Assembly (NCBI GenBank): GCA_964504585.1
Contig: CAZDEW010000001.1
Location: 29,711 to 93,710, forward strand
From: an uncultured Pseudomonadales bacterium
GTDB lineage: Bacteria; Pseudomonadota; Gammaproteobacteria; Pseudomonadales; UBA7434
Direction: 5' to 3'
DNA length: 64,000 bases
Under the pieces are notes generated by a model. The model was not told where the DNA came from and ran no database searches. It saw only the letters and a list, made by a program, of their open reading frames with translations. Made by a program: the position numbers and the translations under genes. How positions within the stretch are numbered: the first letter of the stretch is position 1; the number at the start of each line of letters is the position of its first letter. Below, one piece after another: positions 29,273 through 39,000 of this stretch.

Positions 29273-30688
29273 TTAATCGGAGATTTCAAGCTCCTTGAGT
29301 TTTCTAGTCAGCGTATTCCGACCCCAACCCAATAACTCTGCAGCCTCACGTTTTCTGCCTCTGGTCTGGTCGAGTGCAAACTTGATCATTGCCTTTTCGA
29401 ATAAAGGGGTAGCCTGATCGAGAATTCTTGTTTCACCCCGTGATATTTGCTGCTCTGCCCAGTTGATCAGCTGGGTATCCCAGCTGCCGCCCTGTGTTTG
29501 CTGTGTTTCCTGATGAGGGGTTTCGGTCAGCTCGGAGGGAAGGTCGTCGAGAGAGATTTCATTGCCAGGCGCCATAACAGTCAGCCAGCGACAAACGTTT
29601 TCAAGCTGTCTCACGTTGCCCGGCCAGTCTAGCTGTTTAAAATAGCGAATAACTTCGGGCGTAAGTGTTTTTGCACCAACGTCCAGATCTTTGGCACTGA
29701 TTTCCAGAAAGTGCTGTGCCAGCTCTGGTATATCTTCGCTGCGCTCGGAAAGCTTGGGCAGTCTTACCCGTATCACGTTAAGTCGATGGAACAGGTCTTC
29801 ACGAAACTGTTTTTGCGCGACCAGCGTTTCCAGATGTTGGTGTGTCGCGGCGATTACGCGCACATCAACTTTAACGGGTGTATGACCGCCGACTCTAAAA
29901 AACTCGCCGTCGGCAAGAACCCGGAGCAATCGGGTTTGTGTATCGGCGGGCATATCGCCAATCTCGTCTAAAAACAGTGTGCCACCGGAGGCCTGCTCAA
30001 AGCGGCCAGTACGCATACCCGAGGCTCCGGTAAAAGCACCTTTTTCATGACCAAAGAGTTCTGATTCGATCAGGTCTTTAGGGATCGCTGCCATATTCAA
30101 AGCTATAAAGGGGTTGTCGCGGCGCGGGCTGTGTTTATGTAAAGCCTTGGCGACAAGCTCTTTCCCTGTTCCCGACTCGCCGTTAATCAAGACGTTGATG
30201 TTAGAGTGGGATAGCCTGCCGATCGCACGAAAAACCTCCTGCATTGCGGGAGCGCTACCAATAATTTCGGTCTCCGCCCCAACCGCCTCAACAGGCTGCT
30301 CCAGCGTGTTTTGTTCAGCGAATGAGAGCGCTCGCTTGGTAACTGCAATCGCCTCTTCGATATCGAAGGGCTTGGGTAAGTACTCGAATGCGCCACTTTT
30401 ATAGCTGGCGACCGCGCTATCTAGATCTGAATGCGCAGTGGTTATGATCACAGGAAGCTTCGGGTGTTTGCTGCTTATTTTCTCCAGCAGCTCGAGGCCG
30501 TCCATTCCCGGCATTCGAATGTCGCTGATCACAGCATCCGGCGCAGACGTTTCGAGCTTGTTGAGCAGGGCATCTGCATTGTTAAATACATCAACAAATA
30601 TCCCTGAGCGCGTGAGTGCCTTTTCGAGCACCCAGCGGATTGATTTATCATCATCGACGACCCATACCTGGCTTGAACTATTCATCAT
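29273..30688 (-). CDS. ntrC: nitrogen regulation response regulator NtrC (sigma54-dependent activator)
   Basis: It has a receiver domain (VWVVDDD...[10 protein letters not shown]), an AAA+ domain (GESGTGKE, the GAFTGA loop, [13 protein letters not shown]) and a C-terminal Fis-type HTH. It lies downstream of ntrB. Confidence 0.93.
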   Translation of the reverse strand: MMNSSSQVWVVDDDKSIRWVLEKALTRSGIFVDVFNNADALLNKLETSAPDAVISDIRMPGMDGLELLEKISSKHPKLPVIITTAHSDLDSAVASYKSGAFEYLPKPFDIEEAIAVTKRALSFAEQNTLEQPVEAVGAETEIIGSAPAMQEVFRAIGRLSHSNINVLINGESGTGKELVAKALHKHSPRRDNPFIALNMAAIPKDLIESELFGHEKGAFTGASGMRTGRFEQASGGTLFLDEIGDMPADTQTRLLRVLADGEFFRVGGHTPVKVDVRVIAATHQHLETLVAQKQFREDLFHRLNVIRVRLPKLSERSEDIPELAQHFLEISAKDLDVGAKTLTPEVIRYFKQLDWPGNVRQLENVCRWLTVMAPGNEISLDDLPSELTETPHQETQQTQGGSWDTQLINWAEQQISRGETRILDQATPLFEKAMIKFALDQTRGRKREAAELLGWGRNTLTRKLKELEISD

Positions 30689-30716
30689 TTACTCTCAATG
30701 CTTTTGCTTCCTGTTG

Positions 30717-31829
30717 TCACCCGCCAATTTCGATAGGCAGATAAACAAAAAATTTGGTGTCACCGGGCTCGCTTTCACAAACAATCAGACCCTTGTGACG
30801 ATTAACAATCTGCTGCGCGATGGCCAGACCAAGACCGGAGTTTGAGGCGTAGCCGCTAACCATGGGCACAAACATCGTCTCTTTCATATCGTCTGGCACG
30901 CCGGGACCGTTGTCCTCGATACTCAAGCGGCACGCGAGCTTGTGTTGATCCTGGCCAATTGTGAAATGCCGTATGATTCTCGAGCGCAAACGAATAAAGG
31001 GTTGCTCTAACTCAGAGCTGTCAGTCTGCGACAAATTTTCATTGATCGCTTGCACTGCGTTAACTGCTATGTTCAGGAACACCTGTATTAGCTGCTCTTC
31101 ATCGCCAACGATAGAAGGGATACTCGGGTCGTAGTCCTTGACTAGTTGTATCTCGGTTTTCTGGGCGCTCGTTTCTACCAGCTGAGCGACGCGCTCCAAT
31201 ACTTTGTGCACATTGAATGCAGATTTCCTGAACGGTTGCCTGGGTCCGAGCATTCGGTCGACCAAATTCCTGAGGCGATCCGTCTCAGAAACGATGATCT
31301 TGGTGTATTCAAGTAACTCTCTGCTTGAAAGCTCTGTCTCTAACAGTTGAGCTGCACCTCTTATTCCGCTCAGTGGATTTTTAATCTCGTGAGCGAGCCC
31401 CTTAAGAAGAGCGTCATTAGCAGACTGCGCGTTGACGAGATTCACTTCCCGGTTGATTTCAAGAATTCTGTCGATCGGCTGTATTTCAATAACCAGCTCG
31501 GTATCGATAATGTCGTCGATGCGCGAAACGGTGTAATCGACGCGGTTTGTGATCAGTTCGCCGCCCGACTTTGTTTTCCATATCGCATGCCGCTCGGTGT
31601 GCGTGGCACCGTCTTCACGCGTATTCTCGATGACATCGATGATTGAGTCGGGATCTAGGAGCAGATCTGCAAGCGGTTGGCCATGATGCCTGTTACCGCT
31701 CAGACCTAGCAGCGTTTCAGCAGCGTTGTTGATGTGTGAAAGGCGCATGTTTCCATCCAAAAGCAACACCGCTGTTGTCATGTTCTCGAGTAGGCGGGTG
31801 TGCAATTGTTCGGCAATCATCGTTATCAT
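30717..31829 (-). CDS. ntrB: nitrogen regulation sensor histidine kinase NtrB
   Basis: It has an N-terminal PAS domain, the H-box GLAHEIKNPLSGIRGAAQLL, and HATPase N/G boxes (DNGPGVP, SGLGLAI). I set the start at ATG 31829 (MITMIAEQL), preceded by AGAGAGA. The track TTG at 31856 would overlap the predicted sigma54 promoter. Confidence 0.9.
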   Translation of the reverse strand: MITMIAEQLHTRLLENMTTAVLLLDGNMRLSHINNAAETLLGLSGNRHHGQPLADLLLDPDSIIDVIENTREDGATHTERHAIWKTKSGGELITNRVDYTVSRIDDIIDTELVIEIQPIDRILEINREVNLVNAQSANDALLKGLAHEIKNPLSGIRGAAQLLETELSSRELLEYTKIIVSETDRLRNLVDRMLGPRQPFRKSAFNVHKVLERVAQLVETSAQKTEIQLVKDYDPSIPSIVGDEEQLIQVFLNIAVNAVQAINENLSQTDSSELEQPFIRLRSRIIRHFTIGQDQHKLACRLSIEDNGPGVPDDMKETMFVPMVSGYASNSGLGLAIAQQIVNRHKGLIVCESEPGDTKFFVYLPIEIGG

Positions 31830-31851
31830 GTTCTCTCTGTCGGAACCAATC

Positions 31852-31867
31852 AGCAAAAATTGTTCCT
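31852..31867 (-). promoter_or_regulatory. candidate sigma54 (-24/-12) promoter for ntrBC
   Basis: The minus strand reads AGGAAC-AATTT-TTGCT against the consensus TGGCAC-N5-TTGCW. GG and GC are at the exact 10-nt spacing and 9 of 11 specified positions match. It lies about 23 nt upstream of ATG 31829. Confidence 0.45.
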
Positions 31868-32036
31868 AATCTGCAAACGTTTGCGATTAATGGGCGAAAC
31901 GCATCAAAATTGCGTGGTGTCCGAGCATTTCCTATAGAATACAAAGACTTCCGTAGACTTTTTGGTATGAAAAGGGTGCATGCAGGGTTAACTACGCGAG
32001 CCCCCGGTGCGCAAAGCTTGGCTCTTCTGCCTATTA

Positions 32037-32053
32037 TGCACTACAACAGTGCG
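32037..32053. promoter_or_regulatory. NtrC-like dyad (TGCACTA-CAA-CAGTGCG)
   Basis: It matches 10 of 14 positions of the enteric NtrC consensus TGCACCA-N3-TGGTGCA. It contains a perfect GCACT/AGTGC inverted repeat. Confidence 0.3.
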
Positions 32054-32080
32054 TTTATGGGCGACCTGGAAGAGTAAATT

Positions 32081-32097
32081 CGCACCAATACTGTGCA
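32081..32097. promoter_or_regulatory. NtrC-like dyad (CGCACCA-ATA-CTGTGCA)
   Basis: It matches 11 of 14 positions of TGCACCA-N3-TGGTGCA. Its centre is 44 bp from the neighbouring dyad. Confidence 0.3.
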
Positions 32098-32129
32098 TTC
32101 GTACTGTGTATCACCCCGCTCAATGGCTC

Positions 32130-33308
32130 ATGAAAACTAAACTTCTGGCTCTTTGTCTTGCGCTATCTGTCTCATTGAACGCTGTATTGTTATGGCGAGC
32201 GCAAGATCAATCACTGCGGGTCGACCCTGCTTCCCTCGCGACAAATGGTGTTTTGCAACTTGGCTCCGGTTTGAATCCTGCTGACGAAAAAGCCTCGGTT
32301 GATGCAGAATGGCAGGACATTGCTAGCGATTTGCGCTTTCTTTTCGCCAGTGGTGATGTTGAGCTAGCCGTTGCCTCGGCACTCGCCGAGTCCAGGGTTT
32401 ATCCGGTACAAGTAGATCTATTGCTTGATGCCTGGATGCTAGAAGCCGATCGTTGGGTCCAATCTGATTCAGAAAAGAATTGGGAAAAAGCCTTCACTTT
32501 CCTCGATGCGATCGCAGCTGCACGATATCAATCGGTCGAATATCTAATCATCAAAGCCGATGCCTCGTTCTTAAAGGGCGATTATCAGATTGCCATTGAT
32601 GATTATTTCGAACTGATCAACACCAGTCGCGGTCCCGCGCAGCAATTGCTTGTCACACGCTTGCAGAGGCGGTTGGAAATTCTCCTAGCAGGTGTTAACG
32701 AGGAAAAGAATTGGCATCTAGGCGTTTCCATTGTCGAGCGCTTGCTTTGGCACCGACCGGATGATGGAGAGTTTTTGCTACTGTCCGCTCGTATGAATAT
32801 CGAACTGGCGCGATACCAGTTAGCTAGAGCAAGTCTGAGTCAGGCGCTGAGCCTAGAGGATTATAGCTTTCGAGCACAGGAGCTTATTCGACAGATAGAC
32901 TTGCTTGAAAAACAGAAGACTGCAATTGCACTGACCGCAATTGGTGAGAGTCAGTTTTTGGCAAAAGGATTTTTAAACGCTTCGACAGCAGTCTCTCTTC
33001 TTGTCGACACGGGCGCCTCACTTTCTGTGTTAGAAAGAAGCTACTTTGAGCGTGTCGCGTCTAAACTGAATCCCAAGTTTGTTCAAAAGGCTGTATTTAG
33101 AACCGCGGGTGGCGAAGTGGAAGCGCCTATCTATCGTTTCAAGCGCTTCAATCTGGGTGGGTTTGAGATAAGCGACTTTGAATTCGCCGTGTTGGATTAT
33201 ACGGTAGCAAACAACAACAATGGTTTGCTGGGCATGAATTTTCTTTCGAAGTTTGATTTTGAAATTGACCAGAACAGTGCACTTCTAGTTCTGGAGCCAC
33301 GGATCTAG
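32130..33308 (+). CDS. secreted TPR-like protein with a C-terminal retropepsin-like (clan AA) aspartic protease domain
   Basis: I set the start at MKTKLLALCLALSVSLNAVLL (signal/anchor). A helical repeat region of about 270 aa follows. The C-terminal domain carries the catalytic LVDTGAS and the GLLGMNFL flap/dimer motif typical of bacterial retropepsin-like proteases. Confidence 0.7.
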   Translation: MKTKLLALCLALSVSLNAVLLWRAQDQSLRVDPASLATNGVLQLGSGLNPADEKASVDAEWQDIASDLRFLFASGDVELAVASALAESRVYPVQVDLLLDAWMLEADRWVQSDSEKNWEKAFTFLDAIAAARYQSVEYLIIKADASFLKGDYQIAIDDYFELINTSRGPAQQLLVTRLQRRLEILLAGVNEEKNWHLGVSIVERLLWHRPDDGEFLLLSARMNIELARYQLARASLSQALSLEDYSFRAQELIRQIDLLEKQKTAIALTAIGESQFLAKGFLNASTAVSLLVDTGASLSVLERSYFERVASKLNPKFVQKAVFRTAGGEVEAPIYRFKRFNLGGFEISDFEFAVLDYTVANNNNGLLGMNFLSKFDFEIDQNSALLVLEPRI

Positions 33309-33368
33309 TTTATAGATTTAGGGAGCCTTCTGCTCTGCCATCATGGAATAAATCAGAGTTTCTTTAGT

Positions 33369-33878
33369 TCAAAAACGGGGCTTTGCTTTTTTAACCTCTG
33401 TCAGGCGGTCCCGCGCTTTATCAACGCGCTCATCCAGCTCCTGCAGCTTTTTGAAATAGCTTGCCGACGGCCTCGCCCCTCCATTGGCGGACCCGATAAA
33501 ATCTCCCTCCTCAGCAACTACGCCGTTTGACTGCGCCTGCAGTGCCAATTTAAGCTCAAGCTGTGCTGCTTTGAGATCGGTCTTCCAGGCGTTTGTTTTC
33601 CCGGCTTGCTCCTTGAGTTCTTTTTTCTTTTCTAGTCGCTGTTGTAGGAAATCTGAGTCTTCCGCAATACTGCTATCTTCGGCGTCAAAAATATTGGCGT
33701 TCTGCTCAATAAGTTCGACCTCGCTTGCAGAGCCGCCAGGCGTCACATCGCTGAAACTAACGTTTCCATCTTCGTCGACGTGCTTGTAGATACTTTCGGC
33801 CCCCGCCGAGCCACAAATAAAGAGCAGGGACAGAGTCGGGGCTAGCAAAGCAAGTTGCTTAAACGGAATTGCCATCAT
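33369..33878 (-). CDS. DUF4124 domain-containing periplasmic protein
   Basis: A signal peptide is followed by the DUF4124 hallmark SIYKHVDEDGNVSFSDVTP and a Lys/Glu-rich coiled coil. Its start is 16 nt after the stop of the upstream TetR gene. Confidence 0.75.
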   Translation of the reverse strand: MMAIPFKQLALLAPTLSLLFICGSAGAESIYKHVDEDGNVSFSDVTPGGSASEVELIEQNANIFDAEDSSIAEDSDFLQQRLEKKKELKEQAGKTNAWKTDLKAAQLELKLALQAQSNGVVAEEGDFIGSANGGARPSASYFKKLQELDERVDKARDRLTEVKKAKPRF

Positions 33879-33894
33879 GGTAGTTACACCAATA

Positions 33895-34518
33895 CTATGT
33901 TGAATAGGCAGCGATTATCAGGTCAGTTGCATCAGCGACAATCTTTTCCTGCTCATGGGTTTCGACCCTGGCGATACCCATAAGTGCCTTTACACGATGC
34001 TCGCCACAAAGCAGGGAGATGAATTGTCTGGCAATCAGATTGGCATCAGTCTGTTTTAACTGCCCCTTATCAATGAGCGAAGAAAAAAACTCTGACAATC
34101 TGGCACGTATCCACACAGGGCCGGCTTGCCAGAATATTTCCGAAACTTCCGGATGTTTGCTGGCTCCTGCCACACAAAGCGTCTCAAGCCGAATTGCATC
34201 TTCGCTAAACAACAGCGAACAAAGTTCTCCGCCAATCTTCATTAAAGCATCTCTGGGTGAGAGCTTTTGTGCGTCAATTAACGCCGTCGGAGTGTGCTGG
34301 CGACAGGCTTCGTTAATGGCTTCACGGAACAGGTTTTCCTTGCTGCCAAAATGGCTGTATAGCGTTTGCTTGGATACGCCCGAGTGCTTGGCAATTCTCG
34401 TCATACTGGCGCGATCAAAACCACTTTCTAGAAAGACTTCTACTGCAGCTTCAATAATCTGGGTTCTTCGCTGTTCGATTGGCGCAGCGTTTGAAAAGCG
34501 GCATTTTGAGGTAAGCAT
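33895..34518 (-). CDS. TetR/AcrR family transcriptional regulator
   Basis: It has the N-terminal HTH IIEAAVEVFLESGFDRASMTRIAKHSGVSKQTLYSHFGSKENLF. It is divergent from the MFP-RND pair. Confidence 0.9.
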   Translation of the reverse strand: MLTSKCRFSNAAPIEQRRTQIIEAAVEVFLESGFDRASMTRIAKHSGVSKQTLYSHFGSKENLFREAINEACRQHTPTALIDAQKLSPRDALMKIGGELCSLLFSEDAIRLETLCVAGASKHPEVSEIFWQAGPVWIRARLSEFFSSLIDKGQLKQTDANLIARQFISLLCGEHRVKALMGIARVETHEQEKIVADATDLIIAAYST

Positions 34519-34601
34519 ATGTTTTTATTAAAAATATTCTATCTAAAGCGTTGATGAACCGCTTTTGTTGACGGCCCGTATATAGACTATACTGATTTTA
34601 G

Positions 34602-34621
34602 ACTAGACCGTCCAGTCTAGT
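34602..34621. promoter_or_regulatory. candidate TetR operator: ACTAGAC-N6-GTCTAGT
   Basis: A 7-bp perfect inverted repeat lies in the divergent TetR/efflux intergenic region. A further direct copy of TAGACTA is at 34583-34589. Confidence 0.35.
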
Positions 34622-34789
34622 TTTGCTATGTTAGATCCATCAAGCCAGTTTGGCTTGCCAAGTTAGTTGTTCATGGAGAGTCGTGTGAAAGGTGTATGCA
34701 GTTTCCACAGGTCGTGGAATCGTTCCATTCAGTATCGCCGCCGAAGTTCGACACAGGAACCGCAGGCGCGTCAATCTAATCCACATCCG

Positions 34790-35992
34790 ATGACCTCGAG
34801 CGCTGAACAGTTCAGGCGTTACGCGTCGCGCAGCTCATTGCTCGCTTCGCTCAATCCCCTGGGCTTTATCGCGTTGTTGCTATTGTTGTTTTTGACAGGC
34901 TGCTCGCAGGGCGAGTCAGTGGGACTACAGCCCGTTGCGCTCAAGCAAGTGTCGGGTTCGCAGGTTGTTTCTCAGGAAAACTATCGCGTGCAGCGCGAGT
35001 TTATCGGTGCCCTGCAGGCTCCACAGCGCACCGAGTTAAGTTTTGATAGCGCAGGACCAATCAGCCAGCTGTACGTGACGGAAGGTGATGTGGTGGAAAA
35101 AGGGCAGTTGCTAGCCTCGCTTGACCGTGAACTGCTCGAAGCTGAGCTTCGTGCGGCGCAGGCTAGCCGAAGAGACTTGCAGGCGCGCGAAGCATTTGCC
35201 TCTCGAGAGTTGGCGCGTCTCAATGCGCTGCGTGACAAAAACTTTGCCTCGGAGAGCCGACTGGATCAAATGAAAACCGAGCGAGATTCAATGCGCGCTC
35301 GCATTGACGGTGTCTCGGCTAACATTGCTTCGTTGAACCGTCGCCTCGATAAGACCGAGCTAAAAGCGCCTTTCTCGGCAAATGTTGCTGCAAGGTACCT
35401 CGACGAGGGTGCGATCGTAAATCCGGGTACAGCTGTTTTTCAGCTGCTTGAAAACGAACAGCTCATCGTGCGCGTTGGCATACCCGTGCCTTTGGCGCGA
35501 ACACTTGAACTGGGTCAGACGCTAGCTGCAACGCTTGAGTCCAGAACCCTAACCGCGGTTGTTAGTTCGATAGGGCGCTCGGTTAGTTTTGACACCAACA
35601 CTGTACCGGTGGAATTGTCACTCGAGAGCCGTGTCAGCTCTCCCGAACTCTACGACGGTCAAATCGCGCGAGTCATTGTTCCAGAGCAGCGCCCGATCGC
35701 GGGCACATGGATTCCCATCGAGAGCCTGATTGCAGGTGTTAGAGGCAGCTGGGATGTCTATGTGCTAGTAGACGATACCGAGGGCGCCGCTGATTTGGAA
35801 ACTAACGCCGGCTCCCAATACAGGGTCGAACGCAGGAAGGTTAATGTCGCCTACATCGGTGGCGGCAGGGCTTATATATCGCATGGCCTCAGCGACGATG
35901 AGCTGCTTCTCGACAAAGGCGTTCACAAGGTCGCAGCCGGTCAGTCTGTCGTGCTCAGCCCTGTTTCTGCTCTGGCACAAAAATCTGGATAG
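34790..35992 (+). CDS. efflux RND transporter periplasmic adaptor subunit (MFP)
   Basis: It has a lipobox/anchor (LLLLFLTGCSQ), a lipoyl-like motif (VTEGDVVEKGQLLASLD), an alpha-hairpin coiled coil and a beta-barrel region. I set the start at ATG 34790. The track TTG at 34667 adds 41 aa. Confidence 0.85.
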   Translation: MTSSAEQFRRYASRSSLLASLNPLGFIALLLLLFLTGCSQGESVGLQPVALKQVSGSQVVSQENYRVQREFIGALQAPQRTELSFDSAGPISQLYVTEGDVVEKGQLLASLDRELLEAELRAAQASRRDLQAREAFASRELARLNALRDKNFASESRLDQMKTERDSMRARIDGVSANIASLNRRLDKTELKAPFSANVAARYLDEGAIVNPGTAVFQLLENEQLIVRVGIPVPLARTLELGQTLAATLESRTLTAVVSSIGRSVSFDTNTVPVELSLESRVSSPELYDGQIARVIVPEQRPIAGTWIPIESLIAGVRGSWDVYVLVDDTEGAADLETNAGSQYRVERRKVNVAYIGGGRAYISHGLSDDELLLDKGVHKVAAGQSVVLSPVSALAQKSG

Positions 35993-36016
35993 CCAGAGAA
36001 TCCAACCAGTCTTTCC

Positions 36017-39000
36017 ATGTTTGCCACCTTACTTGCGAATATACGCGCAACCGTTCTTTTTTGTGCCCTGATACTTGTCGCGGGCCTTTCGGCGTTGCAA
36101 GTATTGCCTCGCACAGAAGATCCGGAGATGTCGGCCCGTTTTGCCGAGATTATCACTTTCTTCCCCGGTGCCGATGCCGAAAGAGTCGAATCGTTAGTAT
36201 CTGAGCCGCTTGAGCGAGCGGTGCGAACCCTTCCCTATGTTAAAGAGATCGACTCTAGCTCGTCATCTGGAATTTCGGTCGTTGTTATCGAGCTTGAGCA
36301 TTGGCTAGGCGTCGATGAGCTCGATAATGCCTGGTCCGACGTGCAGGAGGAGGTGCAATTAATTGCTCCGACCCTTCCATCGGGCGTTCTTGAACCGGTG
36401 CTTGAAAAGGACAGGTTCCCGGCACTTACACTAGTATTCGGCATCACTCTGCAGGGGGTTAAGGAGAGCGAGCAGGAGGATAATCTTGCGCTGCTAAGTC
36501 GCTATGCGCTGGATCTTGAGAGCGAGCTGCTTAAAGTACCCGGCACCGAGTATGTAGAAACCTATGGCGATCCTGGCGAGGAAATCCAGGTTGTACTGGA
36601 TATGCCTAGAGTGATATCCAGTGGCCTGACCGTTGCCGAGATTTCAGAGCGAATTAGCGCCGCGGATACAACTTTGTCGGCAGGCTCTCTCTCCGGCAGT
36701 GGATTGCGCATGTCTATCGAGATCTCAGGGCGTTTTGAGGATCTGGAGCGTTTGCGGCGGATCCCTCTTCGCGCATCGGATAACGGCGTACTCTTGCTCG
36801 GCGATCTCGCCAGCATAAGCAGGGTTCCAATAACGCCGCCCACGACCTTTGCATTGATCAATGGCGCGCGCGGTGTGGCGGTAGGCGCTCGAATGAATCC
36901 CGATAAGCGCAGCGATCTTTGGCGAAAGGAAACGATTAGAAGGGTCGAGGCCTACGCAAAGACCTTGCCGTCCAATGTGCAAATAGACCTTATATTCGAT
37001 CAGGATCGTTACACGACCCAGCGACTTGGCAATCTGCTTGCTAACGTTCTAATTGGATTCTCGCTAATCGCCGCGGTACTTTTTTTCTCACTGGGTTGGC
37101 GCTCTGCTTTAATTGTTAGTGCTTCATTGCCGCTTACTATTTTGTTCGCGCTGGCTGCAATGAATATGCTTGATCGATCGATTCATCAAATGTCGGTGAC
37201 CGGCTTGATCATTGCGCTAGGCATTATGGTGGACAATGCTATCGTTATGGCAGATACCGTAGCTCGCTTTAAAGCGGCCGGGCTCGGGCGCGTCGATGCG
37301 CAAATGCGTGCGGTTAGAAAGTTGTGGGTCCCTTTAATGGGGTCTACGCTAACGACGATTTTTGCCTTTCTGCCCATGATTGTTCAAGAGGGGCCGACCG
37401 GTGAGTTCGTCTCCGATATCAGTTATGCCGTCATTTTTTCGCTGCTCGGTTCATTCCTGATATCGCAAATCGTGGTCTCTTCGCTGGCTGCGAGGTTTTT
37501 GTCGGGTGCTGAGCAAGATCGAAATGCCGGTTGGATTGAGGTCGGCCTCAAGATGAGAACCATGGGTTCGCTGCTGCGGAAAACGATCTTACTCGCTTTG
37601 CGTAGACCGCTAGTTGCGCTGGCTCTAGTGCTTGTATTACCCGTCTCGGGTTTTATTGCAATTAGCAATGTACCAACCGAGTTTTTCCCCGCATCAGACA
37701 GGGATATGATTAACCTCGAGGTTTTCCTTCCCCAATCTGCCAATGCCCAGGCAACACGAGATCTAATCGAACGCGTTTCAACTGCGCTGGCTACTGATCA
37801 GGAAATTGAGTCCTTGCATTGGTTTATTGGATCCAACGCGCCCAAAGTCTATTACAACTTGTTGATGAATGCAGATGGCGCGCAAAATTATGCGCAGGCA
37901 ATGATTAAAATGCCGCATTTCAGAATCGCCAACCGTAAAGTTGCTGAGCTGCAAGCGCGATTTGATGCTGAGTTTCCCGAAGCGCAGTTCGTGGTCCGCC
38001 GCTTTCAGCAGGGGCCTCCATTTGCGCCGGTCGAAGTTCGACTGTTCGGGAATAACGTCGAGCAGTTAGCAATACTTGGTGAAGAGATAAAGCGCCACTT
38101 GCTCCAGCTCGATAGCGTCAGTCAGGCGCAAACGTCCGTCTCCTCTGGCCAGCCGAAGGCGTACGTCGCTGCAGATGAAGCTGTGCTGCAGGTAATAGGT
38201 CTTGGTCTGGCAGATGCCGCGATTCAAACGCAATCGGCAACGGATGGGCTGGTACAGGCCGAGCTGACTGAAGACACGCAAACGTTGCCAATACGTGTGC
38301 GTGCAGGCGGCTATAAAGTTGACGACGGGCTTTTGCTGGCTGATTTCCCGCTACAGGGCAAGCGCGATAACGACGCTTTGAACTCGGGATTGATGGGTAC
38401 GCCACTCTCTGCATTGGCCGACGTTGAATTTGTGCCGGTGAGAGGCAGTATCAGTCGTAGGAACGGAGAGCGTCTCAATTCGGTAACGGCGTTTTTGAAG
38501 GACGGTGCGCTGCCCAGCGAAACCTTGGCTGAGTTTAAGCAGGCATTAGAAGATTCTGATTTTGTCTTGCCAGATGGTTATCGTCTGGAGTTTGGCGGCG
38601 AGAGCGAAAGCAGTGACGACGCAGTGGGCGGTCTGTTGAGAACTCTGGGACTAATTTTAACGCTGATGGTCATTTCAATTATGGCCGCATTCAACTCGTT
38701 CAGACTCACAGCAACTATCTTTTTCGTTGCATTTTTGTCGGCTGGTATGGGGTTGTTGTCGCTAAGTCTGTCGGGTTTTCCATTCGGCTTCACATCGATA
38801 TTAGGCGTGATGGCGATGATCGGGCTAGCAATTAATGCTGCTATCGTCATTATTGCTGAATGCCGAAGTGACGCGGAAGCAGTTAACGGCTCTTCAGAAG
38901 CGATCGCGCAGAGCGTTATGCATTGTTCCAGGCATATATGCTCGACAACAATAACGACAATTATGGGCTTTATGCCGTTGCTGTTGGCAGGAGGTGGTTT

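Noticed and set aside
34019-34531. A 170-aa plus-strand ORF antisense to the TetR regulator. Similar antisense or off-frame ORFs lie inside algC, asmA, envC, the RND pump, parE and cyaA.
   Set aside because: Each is fully contained in a gene whose frame has strong family motifs. None has its own recognisable motif.
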